NCBI GenBank assembly: GCA_036834245.1
Contig: DAITOE010000001.1
Coordinates: 1-44,864 of the forward strand
DNA: 44,864 nucleotides
From: Clostridia bacterium
GTDB lineage: Bacteria > Bacillota > Clostridia > Christensenellales > Aristaeellaceae
Direction of reading: 5' to 3'
The position numbers and the translations under genes were made by a program. Positions 8,428 through 16,803 of this stretch are shown here, in pieces. The notes under the pieces are model-generated. The model ran no database searches. It was not told the DNA's origin and was given only the letters and a program-made list of their open reading frames with translations. Position 1 is the first letter of the stretch, and every line of letters begins with the position of its first letter.

Positions 8428-8514
8428 GACGGGAACGGGGAACGGGGAACGGGGAAACGGGGAGACGCCTACCTTTTTTGAAAAAAAGGTAGGGCCAAAA
8501 AACTTTGATAGGGG
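8428..8514 (+). repeat. Intergenic repeat family A, copy 1 (GGGGAAC x3 G-rich head + CCTACCTTTTTTGAAAAAAAGGTAGG hairpin + CAAAAAACTTTGATAGGGG tail)
   Basis: It starts directly after the TAG at 8425-8427. The 26-nt hairpin at 8468-8493 is identical to the reverse complement of 37605-37630. The head and tail are also shared with the reverse complement of 41345-41417. Confidence 0.85.
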
Positions 8515-8554
8515 TATTTTCGGCTCAAGATTATATGGATTGATGCCCCAGCAG

Positions 8555-8591
8555 CAAACAGGCTGCCGCGTTTCGTGCGGCAGCCTGTTTG
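8555..8591. terminator. Strong hairpin between convergent genes (15-bp stem CAAACAGGCTGCCGC / GCGGCAGCCTGTTTG, 7-nt loop)
   Basis: A perfect inverted repeat read from the sequence, located between the lplC-like gene (+) and the bceB-like gene (-). The A/T runs at the stem ends would give U tracts in either direction. Confidence 0.6.
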
Positions 8592-8604
8592 TTCTATCAT
8601 GCAG

Positions 8605-10701
8605 TTAAGCTGGCTGGTTCACAATCTTGTAGTAGGTCTGGGCGGTTTTCAGGTAGATGCCCAGGTAGATCAGGCTGAAGGCCAGGAAGGTGATGAGGGT
8701 CACCACCGCGTACAGGCCCCGGTTGGACAGGGAGAAGAGGTCCAGGATCAGGGTCAAAATGTTGAAGGCCATCAGGGTGTGGACGGCGGCGGCCACCAGG
8801 GGCAGGAAGAACACCAGCAGCACCTGGCTTTTGATGGAGTGCTTCACCTCCCTCTGGCTCATCCCCACCTGGCGCAGGATAGTGAAGCGGCCTGCGTCCT
8901 CATAGCCCTCGGACACCTGCTTGTAGTAGATGATCAGCACCATGGCCATCATGAACAGGAGACCCAGGAACACCGCCACAAAGAGCAGCCCGCCGAACAT
9001 GGCGTTGAACTCCGCCTTCATCAGGGCAGCGTGCTGGAAATTGGAGGAGAAAGAGCCGGGCCGTTCCTCCAGCACCAGCTGGCTGATGCGCTGCTGGGCC
9101 CGGTTGTAAAAGGCGTCCACCCGCTCTGTGGACTGGGTGCCGGTGTCAAAGGCATAGACCCTGGAAAACTGCAGCCCGTAGCCTTCCCAATCCTCCCGGG
9201 TGGGGAAGATCTCCCCTGCTTCCGCCGCCTCGGCAGACAGCCGGGCGTACAGGTTGTCATCATACAGGGCAACAATCCGCCTGATGTCCTGCTCCTTCAT
9301 CACCAGCAGCGGGCTGACCACATGGTCCATCCGCACACTTTCCGTGATGGGGAAAAAGCCGCTCAGCCGCTCCTTGATATGAAGCTGCTGGCCAAAGAGG
9401 CTGAAGCTGTCCGGCAGCCGGTAGCTGTCCTGGGAATAGGCCAGCACCTCCCAGTCATCAAGCTGCAAGTCGCGCCCGATGACCTTGCCGTAGTCCTCCG
9501 CCGGCACAAAGGTGACCGGGCCGTTTGCATGGGGCAGGTAGTTTTCGATGCTGTGGGCATCGCTGCTGTCCACCCCCCGGTCCATCTCCTTATTGAAGGA
9601 GGCCCAGAGCTGGGTGGTGCGGTAGCGGATCTCGTTGGACATGGAGATGTCCAGGTTTTCTGCCTCCTCCTTAATGATGGCGATGGCCTGCCGGTCCAGG
9701 TCCGTGTCCGCGGTGATGTCCGTCTTGAGTACTGCGTCCCGGCCCAGGGTGTCCCGGATGTGGTGGCTGGTGCCGATAAACAGGCTGGCGGTGGTGGAGA
9801 TCATCACCAGCACCATGGTGGACAGGATGCAGATGGTGGCCAGGCCGGTGGCGTTGCGCTTCATCCGGTGGATGAGGCCCGCCACCACGGAGAAATGCCG
9901 GGGCTGATAGTAGAACCTTTTGTTTTTTCTCAGCGCCTTCAGCAGGCTCACCGAGCCCGCCAGAAAGAGGGCATAGGTGCCCAGAATCACCAGCAGCACG
10001 GCGATGAAGAAGGACTGGTAGCCCTGGATGACATCCCTGGCCGATAGGGAGAGGTAGTAGCCGGCCCCCAGGGACAGAAGGCCAAAGAGGGCCAGCCACA
10101 CCCGGGCCGGGGGGTCCTTCTCGCCCAGGCTTTCCGCCCGCAGCAGCTCCGCCGGCTTGACTCCGGCCACCTGGCGCAGGGCATTGAGCAGGGTCAGCCC
10201 GTGGATGATGAGGAAGAGGATCACCGTGCCCCAGTAGGCCTGCTGGGGGATGTGCAGCTGGGGTACCAGGCCGCTGCCTAGCAGGCGCAGCAGGATCATG
10301 TACAAGAGCTTCGCAAACACCATCCCCAGGCCGATGCCCAGGGCCAGGGTGATTGCGGCCGTCAACAGGGTCTCATGCAGCAGCACCCGGCCGATGTGCC
10401 GCTTTTCCATCCCCAGGACGGCATACAGGCCCAGCTCCTTCTTCCGCTGGCGCATCAGGAAGCTGTGGGTGTAAAACACCACGATGACAGAGAACACCAT
10501 CATCACATAGCTGCCAAACTCCAGGTTGCGCCGCAGGGTGCGGGCGCCGTAGATCTCCGTCAAGGAATCGGTGCCCGCCAGGGTCTGGAGCAGGAAATAC
10601 ATCATGACAATCCCCGCGCAGGACAGCAGGTAGGGCAGGCTGGCCCGGCGGTTGCGCACCAGGCCCCGGAGGGCCAGGGAGGAATACAGCCGCCGTTTCA
10701 T
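8605..10701 (-). CDS. BceB-type ABC transporter permease (FtsX-domain, about 10 TM, large extracellular loop)
   Basis: 698 aa. It starts MKRRLYSSLALRGLVRNRRASLPYLLS, has a long soluble insertion between hydrophobic blocks, and overlaps the upstream ATPase stop (ATGA). Confidence 0.85.
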   Translation of the reverse strand: MKRRLYSSLALRGLVRNRRASLPYLLSCAGIVMMYFLLQTLAGTDSLTEIYGARTLRRNLEFGSYVMMVFSVIVVFYTHSFLMRQRKKELGLYAVLGMEKRHIGRVLLHETLLTAAITLALGIGLGMVFAKLLYMILLRLLGSGLVPQLHIPQQAYWGTVILFLIIHGLTLLNALRQVAGVKPAELLRAESLGEKDPPARVWLALFGLLSLGAGYYLSLSARDVIQGYQSFFIAVLLVILGTYALFLAGSVSLLKALRKNKRFYYQPRHFSVVAGLIHRMKRNATGLATICILSTMVLVMISTTASLFIGTSHHIRDTLGRDAVLKTDITADTDLDRQAIAIIKEEAENLDISMSNEIRYRTTQLWASFNKEMDRGVDSSDAHSIENYLPHANGPVTFVPAEDYGKVIGRDLQLDDWEVLAYSQDSYRLPDSFSLFGQQLHIKERLSGFFPITESVRMDHVVSPLLVMKEQDIRRIVALYDDNLYARLSAEAAEAGEIFPTREDWEGYGLQFSRVYAFDTGTQSTERVDAFYNRAQQRISQLVLEERPGSFSSNFQHAALMKAEFNAMFGGLLFVAVFLGLLFMMAMVLIIYYKQVSEGYEDAGRFTILRQVGMSQREVKHSIKSQVLLVFFLPLVAAAVHTLMAFNILTLILDLFSLSNRGLYAVVTLITFLAFSLIYLGIYLKTAQTYYKIVNQPA

Positions 10702-11477
10702 GCCGGGCCTCCCTTGCCGTTTGTGGCGGTGGACAGGGCGGTCAAGGCATCTGAAATCCGCTGGTAAAAGGCAGTCTTGCCCTCGTCCCCCTGGTAAATC
10801 TGGTGGAAGATGGTGCCGTCCTTGATGAACAGCACCCGTTTTGCATGGCTGGCCGCCTTGATGGAGTGGGTCACCATCAAAATGGTCTGGCCCTGGCGGT
10901 TCACCTCGGTGAGGAGGCTCAGCAGGCTGTCAGAGGCCCGGGAGTCCAAGGCCCCGGTGGGCTCGTCCGCCAGCAGCAGGCGGGGGCCGGTGATCAGGGC
11001 CCGTGCGATGGCGGTGCGCTGCTTCTCGCCGCCGGAGATCTCATAGGGATATTTGTTCAGCAGGGGCAGGATGCCCAGGCGGTCGGCCAGGGGGGTCACC
11101 CGCTGCTCCATTTCCTGTGGGCTGACCCTGCCGGATAGCACCAGGGGCAACAGGATGTTGTCCTTCACCGAGAAGGTGTCCAGCAGGTTGAAATCCTGGA
11201 ACACAAAGCCCAGGTTCTCCCGGCGGAACCGGGCCAGCTCCGCATCCCCCACCAGGCTCATGTCCTCCCCGTCCAGCAGCACCTCCCCGGCGGTCTGCCT
11301 GTCCAGGGCGGCCAGGATGTTCAGCAGCGTGGTCTTGCCCGAGCCCGATTCCCCCATGATGGCAACAAACTCCCGGTCCTCCACCAGGAAGCTCACGTCC
11401 CGCAGGGCCTCCACCTGGATGGTGCCAAAGCGGGTGGTATAGGTTTTTTTCAGGTGTTTTACGTCTAAGATGGCCAA
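10698..11477 (-). CDS. BceA-type ABC transporter ATP-binding protein
   Basis: It has Walker A (GESGSGKTT), the signature SGGEKQR and Walker B (LLLADEPTGALD). I prefer the TTG start at 11475-11477, which sits 8 nt after AAGGAG and gives M-AILDVKHLKKTY like BceA N-termini. The track start is the GTG at 11486. Confidence 0.85.
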   Translation of the reverse strand: MAILDVKHLKKTYTTRFGTIQVEALRDVSFLVEDREFVAIMGESGSGKTTLLNILAALDRQTAGEVLLDGEDMSLVGDAELARFRRENLGFVFQDFNLLDTFSVKDNILLPLVLSGRVSPQEMEQRVTPLADRLGILPLLNKYPYEISGGEKQRTAIARALITGPRLLLADEPTGALDSRASDSLLSLLTEVNRQGQTILMVTHSIKAASHAKRVLFIKDGTIFHQIYQGDEGKTAFYQRISDALTALSTATNGKGGPA

Positions 11478-11586
11478 TTCCTTCACTCCTTCCCTGGCGG
11501 ACAGGCAGTCCGGCCGGTTGTGGCCTCAGGATGCCAGAAAAAGGGAGACCCTGCCTTAATCATGGCTTACAAAGGGCAGGGGCAAA

Positions 11587-11603
11587 CGAACAGTTTTGTC
11601 ACA
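11587..11603 (-). promoter_or_regulatory. Candidate BceR-type response-regulator box (minus strand TGTGACAAAACTGTTCG)
   Basis: It lies about 100 nt upstream of the bceA-like start. From memory it resembles the inverted-repeat sites described upstream of bceA-type genes (TNACA-N4-TGT..). Confidence 0.35.
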
Positions 11604-11614
11604 TAGGGCAGGCA

Positions 11615-12637
11615 TCAGTCCCGGGGCGGCTGCTGGCGGCCAAAGGCCAGGGTGGCGGTGGTGCCGGCACCGGGGGCGGACATGAAGTGCAGGCCGATGT
11701 CCATGCGCTCGCAGGCGGCCCGGGCCAGGTAGAGGCCCATGCCGGTGGCCCGGGGGTCCAGGTGGCCGTTTTCCCCGGTGTAGCCCTGCTCCGTGATCCG
11801 GGGCAGGTCCTGCTTTGGGATGCCCATGCCGCTGTCCGTCACCTGGAGGCAGCCTGCGGCCCCGTCCCAGTGGATGCGGATGCCCCCCGCCGCCGTGTAC
11901 TTGATGGCGTTGGACAGCAGCTGGTCCAGCACGAAGCCCAGCTGCTTGTCATCGGTGGTCACCTGGATGTCATCAGGGATTGCAACCTGAAGGGACAGCT
12001 GCTTGAGCACAAACAGCCGGGCATGGCGCCGGGCCGCGGCAGCGGCAATGTCCTTGAGGCGGTGGGGCGCAAACAGGTAGTCGTCCATCCGGGCGTCCAG
12101 CTTGAAGAAGTTCAGGGCCATGTCCACCTGGCGCTCGATTTTGTACAGCTCGTCCAGCAGCGGCGCCCGGCGGGGGCTGTCCACATGGCCCAGCAGCAGC
12201 CGGGAGGCCGCGATGGGGGTTTTGATCTGGTGGCTGAAGGAGGCGGTGTAGGCCTGCAGGCGCTGGTAGCGCTCCTGCTCCCGGCCGGCGGCCTCCTGGT
12301 GCAGCCTTGCCAGCTGGCGCAGCAAATCCTGGTAGTCCCCTTCCAGGGTGCCCCCGGGGGGCGGCAGGTGCTGGAGGGAGGCCGGCAGGGCGCTTTGCAG
12401 CCCGGCCAGGTCCCGGTGCTTTTTCCGCACCCGGGCCAGGTCCCAGATGCCCAGGAACAACAGCAAAACCAGGCAGATTTCCCCGGCATACAGGGCCGGC
12501 GCCGTCGGCACCTGGTGCAGCGCCAGCACCAGGGCAAAGATGGCCGTCGCCGCCGCCAGGATCAGCAGGGCTGGCCAGCGCTGGCCCAGGTATGCCTTCC
12601 ATAGGGGCCTGACGCCCCCTTTTGCCTGCGTCTTCAT
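11615..12637 (-). CDS. BceS-type intramembrane-sensing histidine kinase
   Basis: 340 aa. Two N-terminal TM helices are separated by a 7-residue loop (HQVPTAP). It has the H-box FSHQIKTPIAA and an HATPase_c tail (DSGMGIP, GMGLYLA). It overlaps the regulator stop (ATGA). Confidence 0.85.
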   Translation of the reverse strand: MKTQAKGGVRPLWKAYLGQRWPALLILAAATAIFALVLALHQVPTAPALYAGEICLVLLLFLGIWDLARVRKKHRDLAGLQSALPASLQHLPPPGGTLEGDYQDLLRQLARLHQEAAGREQERYQRLQAYTASFSHQIKTPIAASRLLLGHVDSPRRAPLLDELYKIERQVDMALNFFKLDARMDDYLFAPHRLKDIAAAAARRHARLFVLKQLSLQVAIPDDIQVTTDDKQLGFVLDQLLSNAIKYTAAGGIRIHWDGAAGCLQVTDSGMGIPKQDLPRITEQGYTGENGHLDPRATGMGLYLARAACERMDIGLHFMSAPGAGTTATLAFGRQQPPRD

Positions 12638-13305
12638 GGCAGCAAATACCCCATGCCCTTTTTGGTTTCAATGAAGTCGGTGAGGCCGATGTCCGCCAGC
12701 TTCCTGCGCAGGCGGGCCACGTTCACCGTCAGGGTGTTGTCGTCCACATAGCTGTCATCCTCCCACAGGGCCACCATTAATTCCTCCCGGGGCACGATGC
12801 TGCCCTTGTTTTGCAGCAGGGTCTGGAGGATGCGGTGCTCGTTGCGGGTCAATTCGGCCTCCCGGTCCCCGTGGCGCACCAGGGCCAGGGCCCGGTCGTA
12901 TTCCAGGCCCCGGTGGGACAGCACCGGGCTGGGGGCGGCATAGCCGTAGCTGCGCCGCAAGAGGGCCTCCACCTTGGCGGTTAAGAGGGACAGGTCAAAG
13001 GGCTTGGCCAGCAGGTCGTCCGCCCCCAGGCCCATGGCGGTGACGGCGTTCATGTTGTCCCCGGCGGAGGTGATGAACAAAATGGGCACGGGGGAGAGCT
13101 TGCGGATCTCCCGGCACCAGTGAAAGCCGTTGCGGCCGGGCAGCATCAGGTCCATCAGCACCAGGTGGGGGTCCAGTGCTTCAAACTCGGTTTCCAGGTC
13201 CAAAAACCCTTCCCGGATGACCACCTCATAGCCCCAGCCCGTCAGGTGGCGGGCCACCTCCTGGGCGATGACCGGGTCGTCCTCAACCAGCAGTATTCTG
13301 TACAT
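12634..13305 (-). CDS. OmpR-family response regulator (BceR-like)
   Basis: The start is MYRILLVEDDPVIAQEV at 13305, preceded by AAGGAGGG. It has the receiver Asp (LVLMDLMLPG) and a winged-helix C-terminus (LTVNVARLRRKL). The upstream part of the track ORF (13306-13431) is not coding. Confidence 0.9.
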   Translation of the reverse strand: MYRILLVEDDPVIAQEVARHLTGWGYEVVIREGFLDLETEFEALDPHLVLMDLMLPGRNGFHWCREIRKLSPVPILFITSAGDNMNAVTAMGLGADDLLAKPFDLSLLTAKVEALLRRSYGYAAPSPVLSHRGLEYDRALALVRHGDREAELTRNEHRILQTLLQNKGSIVPREELMVALWEDDSYVDDNTLTVNVARLRRKLADIGLTDFIETKKGMGYLLP

Positions 13306-13433
13306 CCTCGCGCCCTCCTTCTGCCAAAGTATAGCACGCTTTGGCGGGATTGTTGCCGCAGCGCCCCTGTTTTGGTGTATACTGGGGAAGGAATCAAGGC
13401 GCCTAAACAGGCGAAGAAACGGAGGACACATTT

Positions 13434-13913
13434 TTGATAGCCCTGGGAAGCGACCATGCGGGACTGCCGCTGAAAACCGAGATCATCAAGCTCTTAAAGG
13501 AGCGTAACCTGGACTTCATCGACTTTGGCACCGACAGCAATGAGCGGGTGGACTACCCGGTCTTCGGCCGCAGGGCGGCGGAGGCCGTGGCCAGCGGCCA
13601 GTGCGAAAAAGGCCTCATCTTCTGCGGCAGCGGCATCGGCATTTCCATCTCCGCCAACAAGGTGGCGGGCATCCGCTGCGCGGTGTGCTCGGACTGCTAT
13701 TCTGCCGTCATGTCAAGGGCCCACAACGACGCCAACATGCTGGCCCTGGGGGCCAGGGTGGTGGGGGTGGACCTGGCCAGGATGATTGTGAACCTCTTCC
13801 TGGACACGGAATTTGAGGGCGGCCGCCACGCAGACCGGGTGAAACTGATCCACGGCATCGAGGCGGATTACCGCGGCCAGTATACGGAGGAGGAGCGCTC
13901 CGCGGGCTGCTGA
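13434..13913 (+). CDS. rpiB: Ribose-5-phosphate isomerase B (RpiB/LacAB family)
   Basis: TTG start. The motifs are IALGSDHAGLPLK, CGSGIGISISANKVAGIRCA and RAHNDANMLALGARV. Confidence 0.85.
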   Translation: MIALGSDHAGLPLKTEIIKLLKERNLDFIDFGTDSNERVDYPVFGRRAAEAVASGQCEKGLIFCGSGIGISISANKVAGIRCAVCSDCYSAVMSRAHNDANMLALGARVVGVDLARMIVNLFLDTEFEGGRHADRVKLIHGIEADYRGQYTEEERSAGC

Positions 13914-14046
13914 GCCTGCTGATAAACAAGAGGAGGGAACCCGAAGCGGATACCTCCTTCACTCAACATATCGGAGACATAAAGATGCTCGGCCCACGAG
14001 TGGGTTTATTCCTTCGTCTGGTATGAGGAACTGTCATCAAAAGATC

Positions 14047-14069
14047 AACCCGGCGGAAACCGCCGGGTT
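14047..14069. terminator. Hairpin AACCCGGCGG-aaa-CCGCCGGGTT between convergent rpiB and the dockerin-protein gene
   Basis: A perfect 10-bp stem with a 3-nt loop. TT/AA at the stem ends and a following TTGCCTTTG are compatible with bidirectional intrinsic termination. Confidence 0.55.
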
Positions 14070-14094
14070 GCCTTTGTCCGCTTGATAATCAGGA

Positions 14095-16434
14095 TCAGTT
14101 TCCTACCAGCATGCTAATAAGCGCAACCAGCTCCTCCGGGCTCACAGTGCCGTCATTGTTCAGGTCCACGTTGCCCAGGCGTTTGATGGGGCTTTTGTTG
14201 ACCATGTGGTTCACGGTAACCAGGAGGTCCTGGAACGTAACTTTGCCGTCGCCATCTGCATCCCCTTTTACGCCGGAGAGGATGTTGAAGCGGGGGGAAT
14301 AGCTGGCCACCACGATTCCGGCTGCGTCCCACACCTCAATGAAGAGCTGGCCGCTGACCCCGGTGGGTACTTTCAGGCTGGTGGTGCTGGTTTCGGGTTT
14401 TTGCGAAATGGCGCCGTAATACTGATCCTTGTCATAGATGACCCACTCACAGTGATAGGTATAGGGCTTCACTCCGCCGCTTACCTCCCAGGAGGCGGAG
14501 ATGGTCCCGCCCTCTTCCACCCTGGTCCGGTCCAGGGCCAGGCTGAGGTTCATCTTTTCATATCTGGGAGCACCTGTGATGGTCACTATCCGGGATTCTT
14601 CCTGCTTCCGCCCATCCTGATCCCGCACCTGCAGGTAAATGGTGGCCTGGGTGCCCATCACCGGGGTTGTGGCAAAGCTTCCCTTCAAAGGCGCTTCATC
14701 CAGATCTTGATACGATGCTACCTGAGAGATTCTCGAATCCACCACTGTCCAGTGGCAAGCTTCGACATAGGGCCCATTTCCCCCTTGAATGTCCCAGGAG
14801 GCGGTTACCGTTCCTCCCAGGGCCAGGGTGGCTGTGTCCACCTTCAGGTTCAGGTTGATGGGGTTCACATCCCCGGCCACGGTGATGGGCAGTTCCCTGG
14901 AGTGAATGGGGGGCGAGGTCTCGTTGTTTTCACGCACATTGATTCTGATGGTGCCCGTCCCTTGCATATAGGGGGTGAAATCGGCAGAAAAGGGGCCTGA
15001 TTTGGTGCCATTGAAGTTTGTGTCGAAAGCGCCGGGGAAACTGCAGGAAATGCTGTATTGATATTCCGTGGCATCTGTGCTGTCCACCGGGGCGACTTGG
15101 ACCTTGATGGTTTCTCCTGCCTTCACAATGGAACGGTCCAGGCTGACGTTGAACTTTCTGGTGGACATCAACACGGGGTCGCTTTTGAAAGCGTAGACCC
15201 GGCCATCTGCATCGGTGACGTTCACCTTAAAATGGACAGGTGCGGAGTAATCGGCGCGTATGGTATAGGTCTTGCTGCCGGAAGCGTCCAGGGTTTCATC
15301 GTTTATCCACCAGAAATCCGGCCTGCCTTTGATGCTCTGGTAGGGCGTTTTTCCGCCGGTCACCTGCCAGGTGAAGGTGACGGCTTCCCCGGGGTTGAAT
15401 TCCGCCCCGGAGGAAGTGATCACACAGGTGGGCGGGTTCGCTGCGTAGCCGGTGATACCGATGGTCCCACGAACGCTGGATTCATATCCGTTTGCGTCTT
15501 GGAAATGCACGCGCACATCAGCGCGGTCGCCGAATGCTGGGGTATAGGTGAAGGTGCCGGCGGGCTTTTCAATCAGAACGCTTTGGATAAACGTGTTGTT
15601 TTCATAGAGTTCGATCTGTGCTCGTTTTGCATTATAGGGCGCCACGCCACCCAGGGCCGACCAGGTGATCTCAATGGGCACACCCACTGCCATCACCGGG
15701 GCAGAAAACTGAATGTTCCCTTCAAGATAGCCGCTTGCGCCGGTGATCTCAAACCATTCAGAGGAAAAGTGAAGGCTCTCGTCCGTCTCCTTGTGGTCCA
15801 GGGCCACATTGAAAGCCCCGCTGTTCCCAGTTGTAGGCACAAAGGTGATATGGCCCGGGGCTTCCGTTGTTTCTCCCCAGGTTCCATTCATCCAGACCCG
15901 GAGGTCATACTTGCTGATGTCCCCGGTCAGCTTATAACTGGCCTTGATGGCTTCTCCCACCTTCACAGTGGTTTTGTCCAGGGTGAAGGTACAGGTGATG
16001 GGGTTGTTGTTCTGGGGGGAGGTGACATGGAAATAAGGGGTGACGGCTTCCAGGTCATGGCCTGTGCCGGTCCGGGGATTGGTGGTGATGTGGACAAGAA
16101 ATTTCAGCTGCCCCTTGACGCCGCCCCGGGGCCTGATGGCAAACGGTCCGCCGGTGTCCCGGGAGGTGTCCACCCCCTCATCCGTCCTCACAAAGGAGAA
16201 GGTGGAGCCGTCTGCATTGTGTCTGGTGTAGATATAGTCCAGGTGGACATAGGTATAGTTTTCCGGCATCCCTGTTATCTGCCAGGTGCCCGTCAACATG
16301 CCGTCCTCAGGCACGCTGCTCTGATCCAGGGTGATTGACAGCACCGGTTCGGCGGCAGCAGCCCGGGTCGGCAGCGACACCAGGGCAGCCAGGCAGACCA
16401 CAGCCAGCAGGAGGCCTATTGCACGTTTTTTCAA
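14095..16434 (-). CDS. Secreted multi-domain protein: signal peptide, about 7 tandem Ig-like beta-sandwich modules, C-terminal type-I-like dockerin
   Basis: The signal peptide is MKKRAIGLLLAVVCLAALVSLPTRAAAAEP. A module motif recurs: xTxxWxxxGGxxPY (ITWSALGGVAPY, FTWQVTGGKTPY, ASWDIQGGNGPY, ASWEVSGGVKPY). The C-terminus has two Ca-binding loops, GDADGDGKVTFQD and VDLNNDGTVSPEE. Confidence 0.8.
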   Translation of the reverse strand: MKKRAIGLLLAVVCLAALVSLPTRAAAAEPVLSITLDQSSVPEDGMLTGTWQITGMPENYTYVHLDYIYTRHNADGSTFSFVRTDEGVDTSRDTGGPFAIRPRGGVKGQLKFLVHITTNPRTGTGHDLEAVTPYFHVTSPQNNNPITCTFTLDKTTVKVGEAIKASYKLTGDISKYDLRVWMNGTWGETTEAPGHITFVPTTGNSGAFNVALDHKETDESLHFSSEWFEITGASGYLEGNIQFSAPVMAVGVPIEITWSALGGVAPYNAKRAQIELYENNTFIQSVLIEKPAGTFTYTPAFGDRADVRVHFQDANGYESSVRGTIGITGYAANPPTCVITSSGAEFNPGEAVTFTWQVTGGKTPYQSIKGRPDFWWINDETLDASGSKTYTIRADYSAPVHFKVNVTDADGRVYAFKSDPVLMSTRKFNVSLDRSIVKAGETIKVQVAPVDSTDATEYQYSISCSFPGAFDTNFNGTKSGPFSADFTPYMQGTGTIRINVRENNETSPPIHSRELPITVAGDVNPINLNLKVDTATLALGGTVTASWDIQGGNGPYVEACHWTVVDSRISQVASYQDLDEAPLKGSFATTPVMGTQATIYLQVRDQDGRKQEESRIVTITGAPRYEKMNLSLALDRTRVEEGGTISASWEVSGGVKPYTYHCEWVIYDKDQYYGAISQKPETSTTSLKVPTGVSGQLFIEVWDAAGIVVASYSPRFNILSGVKGDADGDGKVTFQDLLVTVNHMVNKSPIKRLGNVDLNNDGTVSPEELVALISMLVGN

Positions 16435-16689
16435 TGGGATGTCCTCAACTTTCTATTTTCTTTGCATGTTCGATACCTGTATTATACTGATATAATCAGA
16501 TTTGTACAGATGCCGTGAGATGGTCACCTGGTTTTTGCCTGGTTCCGGCTGATTTTTCCAGGCCTCCAGTATATTGTATACAATCCGGCTGATTTATCGC
16601 CAGAAAAGACGGTATATTGATAGTGCAATGGATGGGTTTTCAGCGTGTGCGTCCTGCACAGTCTGGAAAACAACAAAACACTGGCAGGA

Positions 16690-16718
16690 TTGACAAACAA
16701 CGGAAATCCATCTATACT
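16690..16718 (+). promoter_or_regulatory. Candidate promoter for the 16804 binding-protein gene (TTGACA-17 nt-TATACT)
   Basis: A consensus -35, an exact 17-nt spacer and a near-consensus -10, about 85 nt upstream of the AGGAGG RBS and ATG at 16804. Confidence 0.5.
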
Positions 16719-16803
16719 TGCATCAACGGAAGCATGCTGTGTCATGTTTCAAGCAAACTGAATCCAAGCCCGGGATGGGCAAAATAAAAGGAGGATTTCT
16801 GGA

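Noticed and set aside
8431-8462. GGGGAAC tandem units considered as a micro-CRISPR or microsatellite
   Set aside because: There are only three to four 7-nt units with no spacers and no cas genes. It is better explained as the G-rich head of repeat family A.
8575-10047. 490-aa plus-strand ORF opposite the bceB-like gene
   Set aside because: It is an antisense shadow with H/Q/G/E-rich low complexity. The minus frame encodes a convincing 10-TM FtsX-type permease that is translationally coupled to its ATPase.
15058-16338. 426-aa plus-strand ORF inside the dockerin-protein gene
   Set aside because: It is an antisense frame with Gly/His/Asp-rich low complexity and no start context. The minus frame has a signal peptide, regular domain repeats and a dockerin.
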